From Eledone cirrhosa (lineage: Eukaryota): DNA of 64,000 bases. The notes under the pieces are model-generated. The model had not been told where the DNA came from. It did no database searches and saw only the letters and a program-made list of their open reading frames with translations. The stretch is taken from contig OZ024741.1 of assembly GCA_964016885.1 (NCBI GenBank), positions 312,356,001 through 312,420,000 on the forward strand. The letters run 5' to 3'. The translations under genes and the position numbers were made by a program. Every line of letters starts with the position of its first letter. Positions within the stretch are counted from its first letter, which is position 1. Positions 14,096-25,965 of the stretch are shown one piece after another.

Positions 14096-14146
14096 AGATT
14101 CCTGATGATTTCTAATGAATGAAACAGTTCTAGTCCTGTAGAATCT
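14096..14146 (+). ncRNA. type I hammerhead ribozyme (family D)
   Basis: Identical to 8052-8102; predicted cleavage after 14140 (GUA). Confidence 0.85.
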
Positions 14147-14209
14147 CTTCTATATTAAAACTATATATATATATATATATATATTCTTACATTTAACGAC
14201 AATAATTCA

Positions 14210-14293
<84 letters not shown>

Positions 14294-14301
14294 ACTTATG
14301 T

Positions 14302-14381
14302 CAGGTCGCTCTCGCGTGCTCCTGGTAACATGTAACCCAGTACATCCTGGCTCATGGTAGGCTCGTCGGCGACTAAACCTG
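14302..14381 (+). ncRNA. remnant HDV-like ribozyme at an RTE-type 5' end
   Basis: P2 caggt/acctg, P3 cgc/gcg, tgctcct-ggtaa and J4/2-like gactaa; the P1 5' strand is missing and L3 is too short. Confidence 0.35.
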
Positions 14382-15027
14382 CAACACCACCAAGATAGCT
14401 TGGTGAGGAGGGTGATATTTGGACCCCCTGCGGGATGAAATACAAAGCCAGAGAAACTGCGGAGGAACTCAGCAGAGTCAACGGCCATCCAAATAGTACT
14501 TTTTTTTCACCTAGGAGTGAAAGGGCACCCTGTTGTTTTTTGCAACACCTTTCTAAGAGAGGAAAACTCTGAAAAAATAACTGCGGCTTCTGAAGCATCC
14601 GATGATGTTGACCAGTTCTCCTTTTCGGGCAGTGATTTCAATTCTCAGAGAGTGGGATTGGTCGAGTGACAGCCTTTTCTTAAAGCATTCAAAGTACAGA
14701 AATTGCTTGTTCAGGATCTGTTACAAGCGATTGCAATATTCTTAACAGAGTTTGCAACCGTCATACACACATACACACACACACACAGACACACGCGCAC
14801 ACAGACATAAACACGGACACACACACATATACATACACACACACTCTCACACACACATATATATATATATATACATATATCAAGTAAGAATATTTTCGAA
14901 ACAGCGAGTGGATTTGAAATTATTAGAAATGTTAGCTATCGCCGTATTTTGACTAAAGAAATTAAAGAAATTATTTAGCCTGATAGTGGGTTTAAGAACC
15001 CTCGGAGAAATGGAAAAAGATGAGTAT

Positions 15028-15099
15028 AGACGTACATGGGAGTCGAACCCACATCTTTGGTTATCCGGACCACTGTGCTTCCATTTACACCAACACATC
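15028..15099 (-). tRNA. tRNA-like cloverleaf (pseudo-tRNA) inside family F
   Basis: 72-nt reverse complement of 15297-15368 with A and B boxes. Confidence 0.55.
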
Positions 15100-15296
15100 A
15101 CCAGTCATTTTCCATTCAAATTAGAAGCTATAAACTTAGCGACTCTAATGTTAAGTAAGAATATTTTCGAAACAGCGAGTGGATTTGAAATTATTAGAAA
15201 TGTTAGCTATCGCCGTATTTTGACTAAAGAAATTAAAGAAATTATTTAGTCTGATAGTGGGGTTATAGCTTCTAATTTGAATGGAAAATGACGGAT

Positions 15297-15368
15297 GATG
15301 TGTTGGTGTAAATGGTAGCACAGTGGTCCGGATAACCAAAGATGTGGGTTCGACGCCCATGTACGTCA
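15297..15368 (+). tRNA. tRNA-like cloverleaf (pseudo-tRNA) inside family F
   Basis: Acceptor gatgtgt/gtacgtc (G-U rich), D arm gtgt/gcac, anticodon arm tggt-ccggata-acca, T arm gtggg-ttcgacg-cccat; C33 is atypical. Confidence 0.55.
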
Positions 15369-15482
15369 ATACTCATCATTTTCAATTTCTCCGAGGGTTC
15401 TTAACCCCACTATCAGGCTAAATAATTTCTTTAATTTCTTTAGTCAAAATACGGCGATAGCTAACATTTCTAATAATATATA

Positions 15483-15519
<37 letters not shown>

Positions 15520-15632
15520 GGTTAAAAAACGGTTCAGTACTATACGAACACACCAGACAACAATATGACGGTAAAGTAGACAACATAGAAATTAAAATAA
15601 TATCTAAATATATGTATATATATTTATATCAA

Positions 15633-15698
15633 CGTTAATGGTGTTGATGTAATGACATGTCCCTTTACAATCTGACCCATTTTTTTCTGATAGACATT
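15633..15698 (-). pseudogene. degenerate EGF exon start
   Basis: tttcag acceptor then (E)CLSEKNGSDCKGTCHY, same phase and Cys spacing as the 678-812 exon; second half lost. Confidence 0.55.
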
Positions 15699-16471
15699 CT
15701 GAAATTATCAGTATAGATAATAATGTTGCAGATATCCATATATACATACAGGTATAAATTAGGTAACAATTATACAATTTTATACCATTACAATATTTTT
15801 GAGATTATCACAAACGAATGAAACTGAATACGACTATTGAATAATATATCGATATACTATATGACACATTGAGATTATATTTGAATATAATGTTCCGAAA
15901 ACATATGGAAGTAACAATCAATATGAGTAGCAAAATTACCTTCACAAATAGTAAAACTTTTACACTACTTATCAGTTTCTGCGTTATTTATCACTGATAT
16001 TCTTACATTTAACGACAATAAATAAATATATATATATATATATATCCAAAATTAAATTAAGGGTGTCATGACTGAGAGACATGCGGCATATCCACTGCTA
16101 TATAAACTCAAATATTCCAATGAATAGATCCGAGTATTTTATATCAACTAGAAATAGATTGACATATATATATATATATAAAATAAACATATGAAACAAT
16201 CACAGGGAATCATTTGTAAAATGTGCAAGCACACATAGCTAGGTAGGTAACTAATTGAAGTTTAACTAGAACTTTAAATATAGATACCTTTTTAAAATTA
16301 TTAACCTCCTTTGTATATATTTCTTTAAATAAAAAATATATTTCACCAATTAATCGGTAAATCACAGTAGTCAAATTCTGGATGGTCACCAAAGGAGAAG
16401 ATCCAACTATCTGTGTTTACACAGCAAATACAAATCTGTGAATGACTCGTACTCCGTGTTGCATTTTTTTT

Positions 16472-17384
16472 TAAATACACACATCGCACAGCGTCATCCC
16501 AGTGGCGTGAATAGGATTATCGACAGCTATAAATAGCCACCGAGTCCATTCAACTGAGTTAGCTCTACAATTAAGGGCCGTATATATATCCAAAATTAAA
16601 TTAAGTGTGTCATTCATGTCTGCTATTTCTAGCTGTCGATAATCTATTATATATATATATATATATATATAATTGGAAATCAGTAAAATCGAATATCTGG
16701 CGGTTTGCAAGTAAATTCGGCCTACTTATATGAAGTGATGGGTTAGCAAAGCACTCGATAAGATAGGTCTCAGAGTTATAACATACGTTTAAATAGCTTG
16801 ACAAATCGAACATTGTGGTAGGCTAAACTAACATACAATACATACCAAAGTAACGAAAAAACTAATCAGGTTGAGAAAAATAGACCTGGACAAATCAAAC
16901 GGGCGTTTGAAATGTTTCTCAGACACCGAAATCAAATATCAGACTTACTTGAATGGCAAGGTCATGGTATTTGTGACTGAACAGAGGACTCAGTTTATCA
17001 ACAGGTTTTCGTTCTGCTTAGAATCAGGAGTGATAACATATGTTGCTGCTCTTATGGCTGCTAATCAAATCTATATTTATCACGTGTTAATTCCGGCAAG
17101 GGAAATAACCCCTGGTTTTTGGCGGGTCATTCAAATACTAGCGAATGGAAATATTTTAATTTCCGCTAATCATCATGATAAGCTCTCGACTAGATGTTAT
17201 AAAACTAACACAAATAATTAACCAATCAACAGAATTTTCCAATTAAATTAATTGGTTAATTATTAAATCTAGGAGATTAATATAATTGGAAATCAGTAAA
17301 ATCGAATCTCTGGCGGTTTGCAAGTAAATTCGGCCTACTTATATGAAGTGATGGGTTAGCAAAGCACTCGATAAGATAGGTCTC

Positions 17385-17448
<64 letters not shown>

Positions 17449-17529
17449 GGTTATCGACAGCTAGAAATAGCTGACATTAATGACACACTTAATTTAATTT
17501 TGGAGGACGCTGTGCGAAGTGTGTATTTA
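16472..17529. repeat. nested short inverted repeats around TA tracts enclosing a 613-bp-period partial tandem element (16671-17386)
   Basis: 16588-16648 inverted at 17445-17503; 16472-16495 inverted at 17506-17529; 16671-16773 repeated directly at 17284-17386. Confidence 0.8.
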
Positions 17530-17696
17530 TATATATATATATAATACTATTTATAGTTATGTATATAGTATAAACAGCTATAAACAGGAAGGGTCAGTAA
17601 TTTCCTACCTCATTATTACCAGTAAGAGAAATAGGTCAATGTAAAACATCAGTTGTTTTACAGAGCAGGAAAAGAAATAATAAATAATAAATTATG

Positions 17697-17741
<45 letters not shown>

Positions 17742-17782
17742 CTATATATATGTATATATATATATATGTGTGTGTGTTTGTT

Positions 17783-18345
17783 TTCACATCTCAGAGGGGT
17801 TCGGCTGACGGCACTTTCTGACATGTAAAGCAACGTTTCCTAACGGTGGGCGATTCCAACTGTTGTAACCGAAAAGAAAATGGTAGGTAATTGGAAAGTG
17901 TTGTGGACGATATGGGATTTTGATTATTATGGTGTTATAACATATGTTACCCGAGAAAATTATTCAAAGGCGATATGCGAAGAACCCGATTAACAAAACC
18001 GTACGCTATGTGAGAAACAAATTCCTAGATCAGATGTGAACAATCTCGGAAACAAGGGACATTTTCGTATTTTCTATAGTTTTAAGAATGTTCAGTTACA
18101 TTCAAATAGTTCTTTGGATGAAATATGTAACTTTTCTGATATAAATCAGGTAAGGGATGACCAAGAATAACTTTTCAATTAAAATTATCAAATGACTTCA
18201 GAAGAAAATTACTAACGCCAGCACCGGGATCGCACATAAAATTGACACACGCGATGACCAGTAAGAACTGTGACGACAGTCTATAGACAAGGAAATGCGG
18301 ACGACAATACCAGGCAAAATATGAGAATCCCAAGATGGTAAATAT
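17783..18345 (-). mobile_element. degenerate Tx1-type LINE 3' fragment
   Basis: Homologous to 41698-42285; AVSRT..RC matches the Tx1 zinc-finger region. Confidence 0.55.
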
Positions 18346-18589
18346 CCATAACTCAATCCACATGCTCATATAAACAGACAGCCATTTAATGGTGGATTGT
18401 ATTGATTGGCAAATGATTCAAACGCTCTTGTCTTCTTGTATTTGTGGATTAGTAACAACGGACTTCGAGTAACAATATAACATATTGAACGAACATTTCC
18501 TTATCTATTATTTCTCCAATTGTTTCAGTGTATTGTAAGATTTTTAAACAATTCGATGTCGCCATTTAACAAAATTTGTCGCCAATACA

Positions 18590-20030
18590 GCATTATTATT
18601 TTATGGGGTTATGACTTCACCACAGAGCATTCAACCAAACTTTAAGCAATGAAACCCTCAATATATAGTATCATATATATTCTAATCATGCCAACCAGAT
18701 ACAAACAACCATTATCATCTTTTTGCCAACTTAAGGCCTCATTCGAAAAGCGTAAAATGTCGGAATTTCAGAAACTATCTACGCAGCAAATAAGGTAACG
18801 ATTGCTTCGTACCACACCAACTTTACTGGCCGCAAAGGTCGGTACGTCCCACACTTTATGAAAAACATTACTTCTACCTATTATTGAAGAAGTTTTCTCG
18901 ACCTTAATGCATAAAAAATCACAGGCATAATTATTAAGATATTTTCATTTAGTGATAACAATTTCTCGTCGTATAGGTGAATAACTATCAACGTCCAAAA
19001 TACTCTAATCCATTATCTCCGCAGTTCTGAATTGCTCATGCAATTTATCGAACCAACAGTTGTAAGAAATCAATGCTTGATTATAATGTATGTTCGTATT
19101 TTTAAATGAACATATTCAAACATTTGTTTGTTTAGTGATAAATTGTTGATTGCTTATTAAAGCTATTTTGCAATGAGCATAACATTTACTGAACAATATT
19201 GCTGACTGTGCAATTGATAGAGGGGAGCGTATGTTTCAGTAGGTAAATATAGAAGTTTCTCTTCTCTCTTAAAACTTGGATTATGTCATCCTGTTTCAAT
19301 AGTCAATTGTAAGTTCCACAGGTAGTAATTAGAGGCAAACATAACAACGGAATGCTTTGCTGATGTCCTGCAGTTAGTTGTTAAAACTGTGAACAAGCTA
19401 GAATCGAATTCTTTGTCTGAAGAAAATGTCTGTCCACTCAGAATTCATAATGACGACGACTATGTGAGGCGTTTGTATAATACTGAAGTATGATGGTTGT
19501 CAAAAGGCAACTGTGTTGTCAATTTTGTCGATATTTTTGACATAATATTTTTTAATACACTCCACTATACAGTTCTCTGATTATTTCAAAATGTGATATT
19601 TTTTCCTTAGTGACTTATTTGCAAAAGTAAATGATCTCAATACCTTATTGCATGCGAAGTAAAATACGCTTTTCAACTGTAAATCGGCTTCAATGCTTTC
19701 ATTTCTAAAATAACACTATATAAGATAAATGTTTCGGGGGGATCAAGTTCACCAATTTCAACGATTGAACAGCTTGAAAGATGAATTTGTTTATGAGGAT
19801 GTCATTACATATCACAATTATTTGCTACCATTGCATGTTGACATGGTACACCAATTTCAGGATATTATCGCATTGTCAGTTCCAGTTTTGGATAACAACC
19901 CGTTTGAAGTTAGAGTAATCGATTGCAAAGAATATGTGAATGACGAATTGATTTACACAATGACAATGTTGCCACAATGCGGTATCGGTTTTAGGGTAAC
20001 CACGTCTTTTGGTATCATTAAAATATAGTG
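18590..20030 (+). mobile_element. decayed hAT (Charlie/Buster-type) transposase
   Basis: Remnant motifs SDN.ISRRI and YNTEV*WLSKG (cf. HTEVRWLSKG); many stops; 19795-19891 duplicated at 20397-20492. Confidence 0.7.
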
Positions 20031-20844
20031 AAATATTTTCAAAACCTAATAAAAGTTAATAAAATATAGTTTTAAAAGGTCAAGTTTACTTTCATTGGTT
20101 CTATAATATGGTAATAGCAGCCTCATCAGCTGCATAAGTCAGCGTTATTTGTTACCCCACTTGGATATTTTTTATGACATTATAAAATGTCAGTTTACGA
20201 GCAACTACCAAACTTTTACCAAACATTCTTTGGTATACTTTTGAACATTTACGATACAGTCGCTTCCATTTACTGTTGCCGAGACTAAGTAAGTGACATA
20301 GTCACTACTTTAAAACTCATAGCCAATGGCCTTAAAAATGTTTTTAATTAAAATTTCAGAGCACTGATACTAATTCACAATATATATAAACACATATAAG
20401 GATGTCATTACATATCACAATTATTTGCTACCATTGCATGATGACATGGTACACGGATTTCAGGATATTATCGGATTGTCAGTTCCAGTTTTAGATATAT
20501 ATATATATTTCTGCCAAAGAAATGGAGAGACTATCAAAATAAACTGAATATGGATGACGTAAGTAGAAAGAATCCCTTCAATAAATAATCTGGGAATAAA
20601 ATACTCATAGACCGAAACAACCAAAAACTTTATGGTTTAAAATCAGATGCAACTCTCAATAAATTGCTCAGCAAGGAAATGTTCGTGCCGAAGGTACACA
20701 TTATATTGTTCGGCAATGCTGTGACGACAATCAACAAAAATAAAACTAATATGTGTGTCTATTTTTAGCACGAAGCCAGAAATCTGAAGGGGAAAGTGAC
20801 TGGTGATTTATGCTATTGACCCTGTAAAGATGAAAGTTAAAGCT

Positions 20845-21225
20845 AGCATCACCTCTCTCTACAGCATCATCCGTCACGTTGAAAACCACCGCGCCCACCC
20901 ACACCTTCTAGATTTACGTTCCGCCAACTCTTCTAGCACTTCGACGCATCCCCTTGCTGAATTCGTTCTCAACCTCAACGGTTTTCTCCTTTCAGGAAAG
21001 AATTACCAACAAATTCCTGGGATAGCCTTGGTAAATTCAATGTGCCCGAAATACACCAACTTGTTCGTCAGCTGCATCGAAGCTCACATTTTCTCCAAGT
21101 ATACTGCACCTACCCCTGAGATATACGGCCGTGACATCGAGTATTCTATCGGCGCCACTTCTTTCTCCCATGAACAGCTTGACTCCTCTCTTTCTTTTGT
21201 CCAGTCTTTCAAACCCACCCTTACC
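20845..21225 (+). pseudogene. Penelope-like reverse transcriptase fragment
   Basis: ITSLYS...LAEFVLNLNGF....NYQQIPGIAL...MCPKYTNLFV..IE...YGRDIE; decayed QxxGxAMG and RYIDD motifs. Confidence 0.75.
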
Positions 21226-21230
21226 TCCAT

Positions 21231-21413
21231 TGGATTGGCAGTGTCGGTAGAAGGTCGGACGCCATGCTTTCCAGCATAGTTACGTCCCTTTACGATCTGA
21301 GTTCAAATCCCGCCGAGGTTGACTTTGCCTTTCATCCTTACGGGATCGATAAAATAAAGTACCAGTAATGCACTGGGTAATTGCTGGCCTTGTGCCTAAA
21401 GTAGAAACAATTA
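21231..21413 (+). mobile_element. tRNA-derived SINE
   Basis: TGGCAGTGTCGGT A box, GAGTTCAAATCC B box, family body and gaaacaatta end. Confidence 0.9.
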
Positions 21414-21419
21414 TCTACT

Positions 21420-24400
21420 TAACTAGGTTTAACTAGGTATACCTAGCAAGAGCAGAGGGAGAAAAAATAATTGTTCATATTCTTCGTCGCATAGATCAGT
21501 TGAAGGAGGTATATCGAATTGCAAGAGAGTGTGCTAGAGAAAATCGTGAAATACCCTGTCTTATGCCGAAAAGAAGGAGATATAGAGTACTTACTATGAT
21601 AGACTACTGGACGAAGACAATAAATGGGACAGTAAGGGCTTAACGCATGTAGAGCTGACTAAGGGATCAGCTAAGAAGTTGACAGCAGTGAGATAGGTAA
21701 AGCAATTAAGGACATGAAGGTAGAGAGTGCCACTGGACCATCTTGTATATTTGTTGATAGGCTAAAAGCACCCGGCATTGTAGGATATGTGCTAGTCAGA
21801 CATATAATTAATCAAGTAGTACAAGAAAGGTGTCATACCCAATGACTGCAGCAGCAAAGTTTTGTCAACTTCTACAAGGCCTAGGAAGATGCACTAGAGA
21901 GAATAAGAACGGAAGTATCAAGTTGATGGACCATGTCATGAAATTTATTGAAAATATTATAGCATGATTAATTCGGGAGATAATCAAAGTAGATAAGATG
22001 CAGTTTGGGTCTATGCTAGGCAGGACTACGACTGGATAAATGGTGCTAATTGGAAACCATTCAATGTGGGTGTCGGATTCTGCCAAGAATGCGTCTTTCA
22101 GGTATCGTGTTAATTATTTACATGCAAATGATTGACATGCGAACTCGGGCTGGAAGTTGTATCACGACTGGCAAGTGTAAAGTCAGTCGTCTAGAATTTT
22201 CAGACGACATGGTATTCCTTAACTCGGGAGAAGGTAATCACCGAATTGCACTCTATAGGTTTGATGTGGAGTGCTGTATGGCTGGAATGAAAATCAATGC
22301 TGCGAAAACTGAGACACTCGTCGTCTCAAGAAGTCTTGCGTCGTGCAATCTGTATATGAATGGAGTTCGACTGAAACAAGTGGAGAAATTCAAGTATCTC
22401 GGAACGACGTTCACAAACGATGGAACGCATGAGGCTGAATTAAGTGCAAGAATTGCAGGAGCTGGTGCAGTAATGCGCCAGCTTCAGTCGTCGGTAATCA
22501 GAAGAAAAATCCAAACTAGTTATCTACAATACGGTATTCGTGTCAACACTCCTAATGATCATTAATCTTGGGTAATGACCAAACGAATATGATCGTGAAT
22601 ACAAGCGTTAGAAATGTGGGTTCCTCATAAAATAAACATTACTCAGTAGTGTGCGTATCTTGGAGGCAAGGTGTCCAAAGAAGTGTCATTGCTTCTCCGA
22701 ATTGAGAGATTACAGATTTTATGGGCAAACGAAATCGGTAGGAAGCCCAGATACAGACACCGAGCAAGATGGTTGGATAACATCGATGAGTTCATCTGAT
22801 CTAGATTGGAGGTCCAGTTGGGATTCATTTGGAGACGGTTGATTCTGACAAACCCGCCGGAAGTAATGGTTGAAGAACCTTCTCACACCCACTGCCTTCT
22901 CATGAAGAAGAAGAAGAAGAAGAAGAAGAAGAAGAAGAAGAAGAAGAAGAAGAAGAAGAAGAAGAAGAAGAAGAAGAAGAAGAAGAAGAAGAATGCCACT
23001 GATTCCCCCTTTATAGTGCGACAACTGTTTGAGCGGTACTGGATTTTGTAGATAGGGAGAATGCCTTTGACGGTCCCATTCTCTGTAATATGGTGGACAC
23101 TTAGGAAGTTAGATGTATATGAAAGTCTTGTGAGAGCTGTGTGGGTCATGTATAAAAAAGCTGGAAGCCAGTAGAGTGACGAAGGTCAGTTCGATGACCA
23201 CCAAGGCTCAGTCATTAGTCCACTCTTATTCATCACTGTTCTTCACTGTTCTTCACTGAGTATTTCAAAACTGGTACTCCGTGGGTGTTCCTATATTCTG
23301 ATGATCTAGTACTTAAACTGAATCCGTAGAAGAGTAAGGGACAAAACTTCAAACATGCAAGAACCTAGAATTGAAAAGACTAAAACTAATCGCATCAAAG
23401 GCAAAAGGGCTAAGTACGAAAGAGGACAAGAAGTTGATACAATCAGGGAAATGGCTGCGTTCGATATGCCAGGAAAGAGTAGGCAGGAGTTCTATAAGGT
23501 GCACAAAGTACAATCGATGGAGTCACAAGAGATATGGTTGATGCACAGAAGAAGGGAGCCCTAAGAACTTACGTGAAGGAGATTCCTTTAGCTTGCAGGG
23601 AAGCTCCTTAGAAATTATCAACAGCATTTGTTACTTAGGCGATCGAAATCACAATTGTGGAGCATACACTGAAAGTGTGACAACCAGGATCAGAACAGAT
23701 TGGAAGAAGTTTAGAGAGCTGATACCTCTGCTAACAACAAACATTTTCTCGCCCGGAGTGACAGTATGGTGCATATGGGCAAAGGGCAATGCTAAATGGC
23801 AGGGAAACTACGGAAGACATCCGAAGGCTGGAGAGAAATGACGACAGTATGCTCCGATTAATGTGTAATGTTAATGTGCATGGTCGACGTAGAAGAAGTG
23901 AACTGAGAAAAAAACATTACATGAGAGGATTTGGATGAAATGTGCAAAAGAGAGATTACTCTGGTATGGATATGTGATGCGTATGGAAGATAACAGCTGA
24001 ACAACGAAATGCAGAGCAATGGCAGTGGCTGGAACACGAGGAAAAGGCAGACCCAAAAAGCTTGTGATGACAAAGGATCGAATGGGCTGATGCTAATCTG
24101 TGTTAATGAAGACCCGACCATATATCGTAAAATGTGACCCGACCTATCCATGAACTACCACCTACCTCCTACTATTACTCTCCCCACCTGTCCTCCCCAA
24201 TGCGGCATCCACTTCACATACACCCGCGAGAACCACTCATACACTAAATACCTTAGATATCCTCACCATTGGCTAATAGTAGCTGCTTTCTCACCCTATT
24301 TTTCACTCAACCCCTACTAGCAAACCTTATCCCTCACTATCCCATAGCCATCTCTCTAACACGATCCCAATCTCTATCGACCACATCCTTCACTACATCC

Positions 24401-24610
24401 AACCTCACCGTACACTAATCAGCTATCCCTAACCCCTACTCATCCCTAACCCCGCTTCCTATCTCTCCATCACGGCGCATATCTCCACCATGTTGACCAC
24501 CCGTCACACCACTACACCTCATTCACTAATCAGCAACTCCTACCCTTTACTCATTGGCCTGCCAAACAAATCCCCACACATACTTACCTCCCTCCCTTAT
24601 TGTCCCTACT
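21420..24610 (+). mobile_element. composite of decayed RTE-clade LINE fragments with a C-rich 3' region
   Basis: AIKDMK...ATGP, IKLMDHVMK, KMQFG, EFSDDMV, KINAAKTE, QVEKFKYLG, LYSDDLV, CYLGD motifs; frameshifted. Confidence 0.75.
22904..22993. repeat. (AAG)n microsatellite (paralogue at 46673-46735)
   Basis: Read directly from the sequence. Confidence 0.95.
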
Positions 24611-25012
24611 CCAGATTTGGTATGGTTCTGCAGTTGGATTTATGGGCAACCTCCCAAGAGCAGCTGGTGAGAGGAAGTTCACCCACTGTAGATCCCATAC
24701 ATAAAATTATTGAGATAACGCATTAGTTGTTTCAAAAACATAACCTTCTTAGTTCTGGTGATCTACACATTAACGCAAATCAGTACACGCTGCAAAGCAG
24801 TTGGTATTAGGAAATGATAATAATACGGCCGTAGAAAGCTTACTAAATAAAGGGTGAGTAGGACCCTTCAGTTTCTGTCAAAAAACAATTTCTCGATATG
24901 ACCTTGGCCTGTCTGGTAGGACAGTAGCCACGCTTCAGTACTAATTTGTTCTATGTTATACCACCTAACACTCACGTGCAGGGAAAGCGGACGTGAAATG
25001 AAGATTACGATG

Positions 25013-25076
<64 letters not shown>

Positions 25077-25077
<1 letters not shown>

Positions 25078-25232
25078 CGAAGGAATTGTGGTAAGGAACC
25101 AAATGGACCATAACGCACCAGAGTACTCAATACTTAGGGTAGTAGAGTGGGTAATAGGAAAAGGGAAGACCCCGACGGCAGAGCTCAAGCCGTTTTGACG
25201 GGTAGAGATCTGACGTAGGGGTCTTACCTTTT

Positions 25233-25236
<4 letters not shown>
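25077..25236. mobile_element. mini foldback insert in (TA)n
   Basis: taggaaaagggaagaccccgacggcaga is inverted as tctgacgtaggggtcttaccttttccta; ~80-bp left-only extension. Confidence 0.55.
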
Positions 25237-25290
<54 letters not shown>

Positions 25291-25472
25291 CATACATACT
25301 GACTACTACGGGTAGTAACTCCACGTCAACTCTTATTGTGGACCGCTTCTGTTAGGTTGGAAGATCAAGTGACAACATGACTATTAATGAAAATGAGAAA
25401 GACATTTGAGGACAGACAAGTAATTAAAGTATTCAATAAATGAATAAGATAACAAATGAGTTATTATCTTAC

Positions 25473-25536
25473 CAGCTGCTAAAGTTGACTGCCATGTTAA
25501 TAATATAATGAATCCAGCATTAGAAAGGGAGAACAT
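25473..25536 (-). CDS. signal-peptide first coding exon, phase 1
   Basis: MFSLSNAGFIILLTWQSTLAA + G followed by gtaaga donor; ATG, 64-bp length and donor conserved in the paralogue at 49653-49716. Confidence 0.7.
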
Positions 25537-25965
25537 AGCAAGCCGAGTTAAATTATAAATCGAAAGTGAGGAAAACATAGCCGAAAATTTTGTCGGAGAG
25601 GCATTCGTCACAACGTTGCTAACGGAATTATCGTTAGCGTTCAGTGTCACGAGACGGCGTGTGCAACCTTTCTGCTAAACTTCAGTACATTACTCATGTT
25701 CTATTTCACTATATAATGTGTTTATGAGGCAATAACGGTTTTAGATTTATTGTTATACATATATTTATTTATTTATTTATTGATAGAGAATGGGAAGAGA
25801 AATAATCCTGGCATTTTCAATTCTGTCGTAGTAGACGAAACCGAGAGGAAGAAAGAGAAGAGATGTATTTTCCAGACACTCCGAATAGATCCAAACGAGT
25901 CATGTCTGGTAAAGGCGCACAAATATTAGATGGAGCTGTTACACTAAACATAATTATAATATTTT

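Larger units (their letters stand above)
7969..14164 (-). mobile_element. 5'-truncated Penelope-like element with an inverted copy of its 3' region (6.2-kb foldback, family D)
   Basis: Arms 8034-10748 and 11469-14164; 720-bp spacer containing a GIY-YIG C-terminus; 65-bp left-only tail; hammerheads; (TA)n flanks. Confidence 0.75.
14882..15477. mobile_element. tRNA-containing partial-tandem plus inverted element (family F) in (TA)n
   Basis: 271-bp period (14882 vs 15153), then an inverted arm ~15264-15477 lacking the first ~37 bp; second copy at 48898. Confidence 0.75.
17783..25965. repeat. segmental duplication copy 1 (paralogue ~41698-53642)
   Basis: Colinear blocks 17783-18345/41698-42285, 21410-25715/45372-49803 and 25740-25965/53397-53642. 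Confidence 0.85.

Noticed and set aside
15388-15420. gaggg..taacccc in family F as a permuted twister ribozyme
   Set aside because: P1 is too short and the other conserved twister elements are absent.
20078-20137. Minus-strand CTGATGA...GAAA
   Set aside because: Stems I and II do not form.
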